From a bacterium (GTDB lineage: Bacteria > Patescibacteriota > Minisyncoccia > UBA6257 > JAGOQP01), in contig JAKANP010000002.1 of NCBI GenBank assembly GCA_021812345.1, positions 6,394 through 70,393 on the forward strand: a DNA stretch of 64,000 nt, written 5' to 3'. The position numbers and the translations under genes are program-made. Positions 28,172-35,931 of this stretch are shown piece by piece. The notes beneath the pieces are model-generated. The model made no database searches and had not been told where the DNA came from. It was given only the letters and a program-made list of their open reading frames with translations. Numbering within the stretch: the stretch's first letter is position 1; every line of letters starts with the position of its first letter.

Positions 28172-28344
28172 AAAAAATAAATTTTAAATATAAATAAAAG
28201 TGGCCTTTGAAAGATTATACCACAAAACAAACAAAAAATGATTGTGGATAACTTTTTGGTGCTAATTTCAAATTATGATACCAATTATTATTTTTAAAAA
28301 ATGACCTGATTGAAAATTTGTTCCATTTTTAATTTGTTTTTGTC

Positions 28345-28680
28345 ATTCCGGATTTACATGCCCTCTGAAGCTCTGACAAAGTATGGGCATGCCCTCCGTA
28401 GCTTTAGCGAGGGATGGAGCCTGCCCTCCGTAACTTTAGCGAAGGATGGAGCCTGCCCTCCGTAGCTTTAGCGAAGGATGGGAAAGGAGGTGGCGAGTTT
28501 GCAAGACGGAGGATTTGTAAAAAATGTATTTTGTATTTAGTATTTAGTATTTTGCTTGTCCTGAGCGGAGTTGAAGGACGGAGGATTTATAAAATCCCTC
28601 CCGCCCTACGGCGTACTCCCTTTAAAAAAGGGAGAATTATTTTTCGCCTGCCTGCCGGTAGGCAGGTATTTCGTAGCCAA
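28345..28680. repeat. Modular GC-rich intergenic repeat locus A (tandem 31-32-bp units plus shared hairpin modules)
   Basis: A 3.5x tandem array of GCCCTCCGTAGCTTTAGCGAAGGATGGAGCCT (28360-28482) is followed by modules shared with loci B and C: AAAGGAGGTGGCGAG, GGAGGATTTGTAAAATCCCTCC, TCCCTTTAAAAAAGGGAGA, GCCTGCCTGCCGGTAGGCAGG, and the 38-mer GTAAAAAATGTATTTTGTATTTAGTATTTAGTATTTTG. Confidence 0.8.
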
Positions 28681-28886
28681 ATATTTATTTGTATGTAAAA
28701 GACTGTGAAAATGGTCGCCACGCAAAACTCTTGACTTTTGGGCTGATGCGAGTATAATTGTGTTAAATCGTGCAAAAGGCGCGGTTTTTTGTTGCCTTAT
28801 TCAAAAGGCTAAAAGCACTCAAAAAATAAATAAATGGCTTGAAATCTAACTTTTTTATCAAGTCATAATATAATTAACTAAAAAAT

Positions 28887-29411
28887 ATGGGTAAACGTTT
28901 AAATTTAATTATAGTTTTTATTGCCACTGCCACGGTTTTAGCCACAAACTTAACCACCAGCAGAATAGCCGCTTCCGGATTTTTGGGGGCGCTATACGGA
29001 GTAAAAACCAGCGCTCAAGAAGTTAATCCCGATAGAAGCTTGGCTTCCGATTCAAACACTAAAAACGACTCGGTTGTCGAAAAAAATACGGTTTCGGGGA
29101 AAAATCCAAATCAAAACAAGCAAATGAAAATAACGGTCACGGCCTACACCAACGACCCGGCCGAAACCAAAGATTACGCCATTGGAATAACCGCAATGGG
29201 AACTCACACCAGAGACGGCGTTGCCGCCGCCAACTTTCTCCCTTTTGGGACAAAGTTCCAACTTCCTGAAATATACGGAGATAAAATATTCACCGTGGAA
29301 GACAGGATGAACGCCAAATACAATAATCAAAAGAGAGTTGATATTTGGATGTTGGAAAAATATCAGGCATTTGATTTTGGAAAAAGGACAACGACAATGC
29401 AACTTCTTTAA
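28887..29411 (+). CDS. Secreted 3D-domain protein (MltA/YuiC-like cell-wall-associated)
   Basis: Signal peptide, then the C-terminal block KITVTAYTNDP...GTKFQLPEIYGDKIFTVEDRMNAKYNNQKRVDIWM, which matches the 3D (three conserved Asp) domain pattern. Confidence 0.55.
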   Translation: MGKRLNLIIVFIATATVLATNLTTSRIAASGFLGALYGVKTSAQEVNPDRSLASDSNTKNDSVVEKNTVSGKNPNQNKQMKITVTAYTNDPAETKDYAIGITAMGTHTRDGVAAANFLPFGTKFQLPEIYGDKIFTVEDRMNAKYNNQKRVDIWMLEKYQAFDFGKRTTTMQLL

Positions 29412-29415
29412 ACTA

Positions 29416-29447
29416 AAAATCCGCTTCAAAAGGCGGATTTTTAGTAT
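29416..29447. terminator. Bidirectional intrinsic terminator between convergent genes
   Basis: AAAAATCCGCttcaaaagGCGGATTTTT is a perfect hairpin flanked by an A-tract and a T-tract, between the 3D-domain gene (+) and pnp (-). Confidence 0.6.
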
Positions 29448-29477
29448 CAAAAATTTATTTCTTACACCAAAATGAAT

Positions 29478-31649
29478 TTAAAAATTTGTTTTTGTGTCGG
29501 TGGCCTGGTCTTTTGTTGTCGATAAAGCCTTGATTGAAAGTCCGATTTTGCCGTTTTCGTCAACTTTAATAACTTTTGCTTTTACCACCTGCCCCTGTTT
29601 TAAGACATCGGTGATTTTATTGACAAATCCGTTTTTAACTTCGGAAATGTGGATCATACCGTCTCTATCTCCACCCAAATCGACGATTGCTCCAAATTCC
29701 AAAAGTTTTATAATCGGTCCCTCAACAACTTCTCCGACTTCATATTCTTTCGTCATTCCATTTATCAAGTCTATGGCTTTTTTGGCGCTTTCCGGATTAC
29801 TGGAAGCGACAAAAACTTTCCCATCATCATCAATATCAATTGAAATCAATCCATATTTTTCTATAATTCCATTAATCATTTTTCCTCCGGGACCGATAAC
29901 CATTCCGATTTGATAAGGTTTTATTTGAGCCAACATAATAATAGGCGCGTAAGGAGAAAGCTGTTTTTTAGGTTCCGGCAGAACTTTCAACATTACATCT
30001 AAAATTTCAAGGCGGGCTTTTTGCGCCTGGTCAAGGGCCTTAGAAAAAATATCCAAAGTGATGCCTTCAATTTTAACATCCATTTGTAAAGCATTGACTC
30101 CATCTTTGGTGCCGGCGACTTTCAAATCCATATCGCCGTAATGATCTTCCGGGCCTTGAATATCGGTCAACACTTTAAAATCGGAATCGTTCTTTCCCGA
30201 TTCATAACCTTCATAAGTCATAAGTCCCATAGCAATTCCGGCAACCGGTTTTTTAATTGGCACACCGGCATCCATCAAAGACAAACATCCGGCACAAGTG
30301 GTCGCCATTGAAGACGAGCCGTTTGAAGATAAAACTTCCGAAACAACTCTTATGGTATAAGGAAATTCCTCTTGGTTTGGTATTACCGCTTCAAGCGCTT
30401 TTTTAGCCAAAGCTCCATGTCCTATTTCTCTCCTTCCGGGCATTCCAACTTTACCGGTTTCTCCAGTTGAATAGGGCGGAAAATTGTAATGAAGCATAAA
30501 TCTTCTCTTGAAAGAATTTTCCATCGTTTCCACGACTTGTTCGGAACCGGGAGCCGCCAAAGTGGTGACAGCAAGAGCTTGAGTTTCTCCGCGAGAGAAC
30601 AAGGCCGATCCGTGCAATCTTTTAAAAAGTCCGACTTCGGCATAAAGCTCTCTTATTTCATCAGATTTTCTTCCATCGGGTCTTTTTCCAGATTCTAAAA
30701 TATTTTTATGGACAATATCGTTTATCGCATCTTCCCAAATCGGCAAGACGTCGGCTAAATTTTCAACTTTAAGTTCTTTCAAATGAGCGTAAAGTTCTTC
30801 TTCCAACTGAGAAAGAGAATTATTTCTTTTTGTTTTTTCTTTTTCACCATAAAGCGCTTCTTCCAATCTGGGGATAACAAAATTTCTTACCGTTTCTTTT
30901 AATGCCGGGTCTGTTTCTTTAAGAGCAACCTGGGTTTTTGGTTTTCCTATTTGGGAAACAATTTCTTTTTGAAAAGCTATCAGTTTTTTTATTTCGGAAT
31001 GGCTGTCGGAGAAAACTTTTTGTAAATTTTCTTTAGCAACGCTTTTTCCTCCAAGTTCTATCATATTTATTCTGTTTTGAGTTCCTGAAAAGAAGGAATC
31101 AAAAGAACCTTCTTCCTTTAACATTTCTTCGGCTTGAGAATTAGTCGGATTGAAGACAAAACCTTTTGAGGACGAATAAGCGACTCGAGCGCCTCCAATC
31201 GGACCGTTCCACGGAATATCGGAAATGGATAAGACTAAAGAAGCTGTCACTTGCGCCAAAAAATCAGGATCGTTTTCTTCATCATAAGACAGGACAGTCA
31301 CAACCAATTGGACTTCTCTCCTTAGTCGGCTGTCAAAAAGCGGACGGACTGAGCGGTCAATTAACCGTCCGGAAAGAACGGCCAAGTCAGAAGGTCGCCC
31401 CTCTCTTCGAACAAAACGACTGCCAATAATTTTACCGGCGGCATAAAATCTCTCTTCGTAATCAACGGTAAGCGGAAAATAATCAGTGGCTTTGTCCTGC
31501 TTTCCCATGACGGCAGTCACCAAAACCGAAGTGTCTCCGTACTGACCGATAACGGCGGCGTTTGCCTGGCCGGCAACATCGGAAACTATAAATTTTAATT
31601 CCCTATCATGAAACGGAAGAGTAAACTCTTTTTTATTTTTAAGCTGCAT
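29478..31649 (-). CDS. pnp: Polyribonucleotide nucleotidyltransferase (PNPase)
   Basis: Two RNase PH domains, KH motif IGMVIGPGGKMINGI, and a C-terminal S1 domain VGEVVEGPIIKLLEFGAIVDLGG. Start set at the internal MQLKNKKEFTLPF (ATG at 31647-31649) because PNPase has no N-terminal extension. Confidence 0.9.
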   Translation of the reverse strand: MQLKNKKEFTLPFHDRELKFIVSDVAGQANAAVIGQYGDTSVLVTAVMGKQDKATDYFPLTVDYEERFYAAGKIIGSRFVRREGRPSDLAVLSGRLIDRSVRPLFDSRLRREVQLVVTVLSYDEENDPDFLAQVTASLVLSISDIPWNGPIGGARVAYSSSKGFVFNPTNSQAEEMLKEEGSFDSFFSGTQNRINMIELGGKSVAKENLQKVFSDSHSEIKKLIAFQKEIVSQIGKPKTQVALKETDPALKETVRNFVIPRLEEALYGEKEKTKRNNSLSQLEEELYAHLKELKVENLADVLPIWEDAINDIVHKNILESGKRPDGRKSDEIRELYAEVGLFKRLHGSALFSRGETQALAVTTLAAPGSEQVVETMENSFKRRFMLHYNFPPYSTGETGKVGMPGRREIGHGALAKKALEAVIPNQEEFPYTIRVVSEVLSSNGSSSMATTCAGCLSLMDAGVPIKKPVAGIAMGLMTYEGYESGKNDSDFKVLTDIQGPEDHYGDMDLKVAGTKDGVNALQMDVKIEGITLDIFSKALDQAQKARLEILDVMLKVLPEPKKQLSPYAPIIMLAQIKPYQIGMVIGPGGKMINGIIEKYGLISIDIDDDGKVFVASSNPESAKKAIDLINGMTKEYEVGEVVEGPIIKLLEFGAIVDLGGDRDGMIHISEVKNGFVNKITDVLKQGQVVKAKVIKVDENGKIGLSIKALSTTKDQATDTKTNF

Positions 31650-31791
31650 ATATTTTTTACCCGAAACCCATACCTCTCCGCCAAAAGCGGATCCGCTATG
31701 TAAGCGGAAAATCTCAGAGCTGGCACCCAAACAATTGAGTGACAATTCTGAGTTTTGACGAATGAGTCTCTCGGGTTAATTAATTATAATT

Positions 31792-32331
31792 TTATCGACG
31801 ACTTAATTTTGTTTTAAATAATACTTTTGAATTTTCATCCAAATCAACAAAAGTGTCAACTACTTCTCTCAATTTTGAGGATGAGCTTCTGCCAAAAGAC
31901 GCGCATTCAACTTGCTTCCCTTCGCCCCATTTTAGATACTCAACCAATGGAATGAAGTCTCCGTCTCCGGTTACAAGCACAACAACATCCAAAGATTTTG
32001 CCATTCTGATGGCATCAACCGCCATCCCCACATCCCAATCGGCTTTTTTGGCGCCTCCGGCAAAAACTTGAAGATCTTTCATTCTTAATTCTATTCCGCT
32101 CTTTTCCAAAGCTTCAAAAAAAGCGCTTTCTCCGGTGGAAATATCGCTTTTAACCACATATCCGATAGCCCGGATAAGTTGTCTCGGTCCAATAATCAAT
32201 TTTAAAAGCTCGGAAAAATTAACTCTCGAGCCATAAAGGTGTTTTGCCGAATGATACAAGTTTTGAACATCCACAAAAATTCCAACTCGCTGGTCTTTGT
32301 AACGCATAAAAATATTTTTTAAATGATGCAA
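31792..32331 (-). CDS. NYN-domain (LabA-like/PIN-like) protein
   Basis: VGIFVDVQNLYHSAKH, DVGMAVDAIRMA and VVLVTGDGDFIPLVEYLK are the conserved acidic blocks of NYN/LabA nucleases. It lies between rpsO and pnp. Confidence 0.7.
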   Translation of the reverse strand: MHHLKNIFMRYKDQRVGIFVDVQNLYHSAKHLYGSRVNFSELLKLIIGPRQLIRAIGYVVKSDISTGESAFFEALEKSGIELRMKDLQVFAGGAKKADWDVGMAVDAIRMAKSLDVVVLVTGDGDFIPLVEYLKWGEGKQVECASFGRSSSSKLREVVDTFVDLDENSKVLFKTKLSRR

Positions 32332-32344
32332 AAAAACGACAGGT

Positions 32345-32611
32345 TTATTTCTTTAATCCAAGTTTTTTGATGAGCTTGGCATAAGCTTTCTCATCTTCTT
32401 TGGAAAGAAATTCCAAAAGCTTTCTTCTTTTTGAAACCATTTTCAAAAGCCCTCTTCGTGAAGATTGGTCTTTAGGATTGGTTTTAAGATGTTTGGTAAG
32501 CTCTTCAATTTGTCTTGAAATGAGCGCTATTTGAACCTGCGCCGAACCGGTGTCGGTTTCGTGAGATTGAACATCATTTATAATTTTTGTTTTCACTCTT
32601 TTTGTAAGCAT
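32345..32611 (-). CDS. rpsO: 30S ribosomal protein S15
   Basis: From the internal Met, MLTKRVKTKIINDVQSHETDTGSAQVQIALISRQIEELTKHLKTNPKDQSSRRGLLKMVSKRRKLLEFL is a canonical S15 of 89 aa. It sits in the classic rpsO-upstream-of-pnp arrangement. Confidence 0.85.
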   Translation of the reverse strand: MLTKRVKTKIINDVQSHETDTGSAQVQIALISRQIEELTKHLKTNPKDQSSRRGLLKMVSKRRKLLEFLSKEDEKAYAKLIKKLGLKK

Positions 32612-32730
32612 TAAAAAAAGTATATAAAAAATAAACGATAAAGTCAACATGCGGATTATTTTAATATAAATAAATTAGTTGTTTTTAATGTGTCGCAAAA
32701 TAAAAAATGTGCTAAAATACAAAGATAAAA

Positions 32731-33645
32731 ATGAATGAAGTTGAAAAATATATAAAAGAATATCTTGATTATCTGGAGGTGGAAAAGAATCGCTCGCCTA
32801 AGACGATCGAGAATTATCGACGCTATTTAAATTTTTTTGTTAAAATCTCCGGCGCTAAAAATCTCAAAGATGTCAATTTTGAAAATATTCGCAGATTTCG
32901 CCTCGATTTGGCAAGAAGAGCCGGAGAAGAGAGCGAATTTCTTAAAAAAAATACACAAAGTTATTACGTGATAGCCATAAGAAATTTTTTGAAATATCTG
33001 ATAAAAAATTCCATAAAAACTTCCGTTTCCCCGGAACAAATAGAACTTCCTAAAGTTTCTCAAAGACAGATTGAAATTATGGAATATTCCGACCTGGAAA
33101 GATTTCTAAACAGTCCGTCGGGAGATTCTTTAAGGAGTTTAAGAGATAAAGCGATTTTAGAAACCCTCTTTTCCACCGGGCTTCGTATTTCGGAACTTTG
33201 TTCTTTATCAAGGTATCAGGATTTTGACAGAGGCGAGGTAACCGTTCGAGGCAAGGGAGGAAAATTGAGAGTGGTGTTTTTTTCCGATGATGCAAAAAAG
33301 GCGATAAAAAAATATCTTGATAAAAGAAGCGATGCGGAAGAGGCGCTTTTTGTGAGTTTGAATAAATCAAAAAATCCAAAAGTTATAGGGAAAATAATTC
33401 CTCGCGCCATTCAACGGCTGGTAAGGTATTATGCCAAAAAATCAGGCACATTGGACAAAGTCACGCCTCATCAATTAAGACACCAATTTGCCACCGATCT
33501 TTTGATGAATGGAGCCGATATTCGTTCGGTTCAAGCTCTGCTTGGGCACGCGAACATTGCCACCACTCAAATATACACGCACGTTACCAATAAAGAACTC
33601 AAAGAAATTCATAAAACTTTCCACGGGAAAAGAAGAAGCGATTGA
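32731..33645 (+). CDS. Tyrosine site-specific recombinase (XerC/XerD-like)
   Basis: N-terminal SAM-like core-binding domain (YLDYLEVEKNRSPKTIENYRRYLNFF). The C-terminal catalytic block HQLRHQFATDLLMNGADIRSVQALLGHANIATTQIYTHV has the R..HxxR..Y signature. Confidence 0.8.
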   Translation: MNEVEKYIKEYLDYLEVEKNRSPKTIENYRRYLNFFVKISGAKNLKDVNFENIRRFRLDLARRAGEESEFLKKNTQSYYVIAIRNFLKYLIKNSIKTSVSPEQIELPKVSQRQIEIMEYSDLERFLNSPSGDSLRSLRDKAILETLFSTGLRISELCSLSRYQDFDRGEVTVRGKGGKLRVVFFSDDAKKAIKKYLDKRSDAEEALFVSLNKSKNPKVIGKIIPRAIQRLVRYYAKKSGTLDKVTPHQLRHQFATDLLMNGADIRSVQALLGHANIATTQIYTHVTNKELKEIHKTFHGKRRSD

Positions 33646-33684
33646 TTTTTATTGTTCTAAAAAGTATTATTCATCAGTAATAAA

Positions 33685-33769
33685 GCCGAGGTGGCGAAAT
33701 TGGCTATACGCACTAGCTTTAGGAGCTAGCGCTCGAAAGAGCATGCGGGTTCGACTCCCGCCCTCGGCA
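33685..33769 (+). tRNA. tRNA-Leu (anticodon TAG), type II with long variable arm
   Basis: Acceptor GCCGAGG/CCTCGGC pairs perfectly, a D-arm is present, the anticodon stem-loop CTAGC-TTTAGGA-GCTAG gives anticodon TAG, a long variable arm precedes the T-arm GGGTTCGACTCCCGC, and the discriminator is A. No encoded CCA. Confidence 0.85.
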
Positions 33770-33945
33770 CTGAAATGTTTTGATGAATATTTTGACGAGA
33801 GCAAGCAAATTTATTTGCTTGCGTGGCGGAGTCGAAAGTACGAAGCGATATTCCGACAGCAGTCGGAATCGCGAGGAGCGGCCCGCGAGCCGGCCGAATG
33901 ACTGATGAGGCCGGACTTGTGGGAGACTCCCGCCCTCGGCACAAT

Positions 33946-33976
33946 TAAAAACCCCGCCTTAAAAAGCGGGGTTTTT
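33946..33976. terminator. Bidirectional intrinsic terminator
   Basis: AAAAACCCCGCcttaaaaaGCGGGGTTTTT lies between the tRNA-Leu region (+) and the end of the pilin array (-). Confidence 0.6.
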
Positions 33977-33996
33977 AATAAACAAAATTTATTTTT

Positions 33997-34362
33997 TTAC
34001 TGAGTAAGTCCGGAAGACAATGAGTTTTGAACCAAAGTAACCACTCCATAAGAAAGCAGAGCAACTACTATACCGACGATGGCATAGATTAGTTCTTGTT
34101 TGGCTTTTTTGGTTGTTTCACTATCTCCCTTGCTGGTGATAAAGTGAAAAGCTGCCAAAAGAATAAAAAGAACCGCGACAATAAAGATTATGTAATAGAA
34201 CCATTTAACAACAGTAACTAATATCCCAACCCAACCAGATATAGTTCCCGGACCTGTTACTGGACCCAATACCGGCGGAGTTGTAGGTTGAGCAAAAACA
34301 GATACTCCCACAACAAAGAGCAAAATTACCAATCCAATTGACGCAAATATTTTTTTAACCAT
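33997..34362 (-). CDS. T4SS pilin-like protein (VirB2/TrbC-type), paralog 6 of 6
   Basis: From the internal Met (ATG at 34360-34362) there is a signal peptide MVKKIFASIGLVILLFVVGVSVFA, then a hydrophobic helix, AAFHFITSKGDSETTKKAKQELIYAIVGIVVAL, and a second helix. It shares this pattern with the five upstream paralogs. Confidence 0.6.
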   Translation of the reverse strand: MVKKIFASIGLVILLFVVGVSVFAQPTTPPVLGPVTGPGTISGWVGILVTVVKWFYYIIFIVAVLFILLAAFHFITSKGDSETTKKAKQELIYAIVGIVVALLSYGVVTLVQNSLSSGLTQ

Positions 34363-34433
34363 GATTTTTTTATCGTTTACGACCTTTACTTTTGATATAT
34401 TTAATAATAACACAAGTCCAAAATAACTTCAAA

Positions 34434-34829
34434 TTAATTAGCTCCCCTGCTTTGCAAAAACTGGGTTATTAATAACGAGACACCGGTAGAAATAAGAGCA
34501 ACAACTATGGCAATAACAGCATATTTAAGTTGAGCTTTAGCTTCCGCGGCTTTTTTTTCATTGGCTCCGCCTTGAAGAAAGTTATATGCCGCCAAAAGAA
34601 TAAACAAAACAGCAACTACAAAAAATATAATGTAAATCCATCTAACTATGCTGAGTAAGATATACCAAATCTGTGTCACGCCGGTCACAGGAGAAGCAAT
34701 TTGGCTATTTCCAAAAGGATTAACATATCCTTCGTTCACTACGGCAAAAACTTCAAAAATTCCGGTGGTTAAAAATATGGTTATAAATAAAAAAGGTAAA
34801 ATTTTTAATAATGTTTTTTGTTTAAACAT
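34434..34829 (-). CDS. T4SS pilin-like protein (VirB2/TrbC-type), paralog 5
   Basis: Signal peptide, helix, AAYNFLQGGANEKKAAEAKAQLKYAVIAIVVALIS, then a second helix. Confidence 0.65.
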   Translation of the reverse strand: MFKQKTLLKILPFLFITIFLTTGIFEVFAVVNEGYVNPFGNSQIASPVTGVTQIWYILLSIVRWIYIIFFVVAVLFILLAAYNFLQGGANEKKAAEAKAQLKYAVIAIVVALISTGVSLLITQFLQSRGAN

Positions 34830-34845
34830 AAATTTAAATTATTTT

Positions 34846-35214
34846 TTAATAAACTCCTCCACTGCCGATGAATTGGGAAATAATAGCCGATAAACCGGTA
34901 GCAATTAAGGCGACAACTATGGAAATTCCGGCATATTTAAGTTGGTTTTTGGCAACTTCTATTTTCTTTTCATTGGTTCCTCCTTGGATAAAATTATAAG
35001 CCGCCATCAAAATGAATATTACCGCCACCACAAAAAACGCGCGATAAATCCAAATAACAATACTTTTAACGATGGTAAATATATCGTCTGCGCTATTTAC
35101 CGGGGACGCCGTATCGCCGGTATTAAATGGAGCTATATTAACGCTTGCTCCGTAAGCAAACATCGGAGCCAAGGAATAGATAGCCGCCAAAATTAAAAAA
35201 AACTTCTTTCTCAT
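34846..35214 (-). CDS. T4SS pilin-like protein (VirB2/TrbC-type), paralog 4
   Basis: Signal peptide, helix, AAYNFIQGGTNEKKIEVAKNQLKYAGISIVVALIA, then a second helix. Confidence 0.65.
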   Translation of the reverse strand: MRKKFFLILAAIYSLAPMFAYGASVNIAPFNTGDTASPVNSADDIFTIVKSIVIWIYRAFFVVAVIFILMAAYNFIQGGTNEKKIEVAKNQLKYAGISIVVALIATGLSAIISQFIGSGGVY

Positions 35215-35228
35215 ATTTTTAATATTAA

Positions 35229-35546
35229 TTATTTATTTCCCAAAAACGTATTTATTATCGTGGCAACCCCTGAAGCGGTCAAGGCAATAACCAGAGCGAT
35301 AACTGCATATTTAAGCTGAGCTTTGGCGGTTTCTATTTTTTTAGGATTATCTCCTCCTTGAAGATAGTTAAACGCCGCTAAAAGAATGAATCCGACGACG
35401 ACAATATAGAAAGCTTCATACATATAAGTAACGGCTTTTTGCATAAGAGCGATAATATCATCGGCTGTTTGAATCGCGGCAAACGCCACCAATGGAAACC
35501 CGGAAATAATTGCCGCCGCTATAATTGCTTTTGTTTTGTTTTTCAT
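35229..35546 (-). CDS. T4SS pilin-like protein (VirB2/TrbC-type), paralog 3
   Basis: Start at the internal MKNKTKAIIAAAI, which removes the overlap with the upstream gene. Signal peptide, helix, AAFNYLQGGDNPKKIETAKAQLKYAVIALVIAL. Confidence 0.6.
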   Translation of the reverse strand: MKNKTKAIIAAAIISGFPLVAFAAIQTADDIIALMQKAVTYMYEAFYIVVVGFILLAAFNYLQGGDNPKKIETAKAQLKYAVIALVIALTASGVATIINTFLGNK

Positions 35547-35562
35547 ATTTAAATATTTTAAT

Positions 35563-35907
35563 TTATGCCCCAATAAAATTTTTGACTACCGCCGCTATGC
35601 CCTTTGCCGCAAGAACTACCGCCATTCCAATGATTGTGTAAGTAATTGTTTTTTTGCCTTGGGCAAATTTATTTTCATTTCCGGCGGCGCCAAGCATTTG
35701 AAAAGCTCCGATCAACAGCATTATAACAAAAACAGGCGCGGCAAGCTCAACAATAAAAGTGGCGATTTTATCAATCAAATCCGGTATGGTGTTAACTCCG
35801 GATTGAGCTAACGGATTTTGTAAAGCAACTCCTCCGGTATCAGCGGCGCTCACAACCGTTGGCACCCCTAAAATAACGGCAATCGATGAATAAAGAAATT
35901 TTTTCAT
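35563..35907 (-). CDS. T4SS pilin-like protein (VirB2/TrbC-type), divergent paralog 2
   Basis: Signal peptide MKKFLYSSIAVILGVPTVVSA, a helix, GAFQMLGAAGNENKFAQGKKTITYTIIGMAVVLAA, and a second helix. Same architecture as the others with a more diverged motif. Confidence 0.55.
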   Translation of the reverse strand: MKKFLYSSIAVILGVPTVVSAADTGGVALQNPLAQSGVNTIPDLIDKIATFIVELAAPVFVIMLLIGAFQMLGAAGNENKFAQGKKTITYTIIGMAVVLAAKGIAAVVKNFIGA

Positions 35908-35931
35908 ATTATATTTATTATAAACATTATA

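Noticed and set aside
28360-28482. Possible CRISPR array (regular GC-rich direct repeats at three loci)
   Set aside because: Repeat units are directly tandem with no unique spacers between them. Unit lengths (25, 32, 60 bp) differ between loci, and no cas genes are nearby. They are minisatellite or modular repeat elements, not CRISPR.
32731-33645. Calling the tyrosine recombinase a phage integrase of an intact prophage or island
   Set aside because: No phage or island cargo genes are adjacent. The protein has the XerC/XerD-like architecture and could be the chromosomal dimer-resolution recombinase. The nearby tRNA 3'-end repeat is only 172 bp away, so at most a remnant.
33896-33920. Hammerhead ribozyme (CUGAUGA core heptamer with flanking GGCCGG/CCGGCC stem)
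   Set aside because: The order of elements, CCGGCC-GAAUGA-CUGAUGA-GGCCGG, does not match the canonical hammerhead arrangement (CUGAUGA, stem II, GAAA, stem III), and no three-way junction can be drawn. It is kept only as a remark within the tRNA-Leu finding.
33509-33944. ORFs 33509-33901 (+) and 33726-33944 (-) in the six-frame track
   Set aside because: They span the tRNA-Leu gene and the GC-rich structured insert. The open frames are created by GC-rich non-coding sequence and have no start context or protein-like composition.
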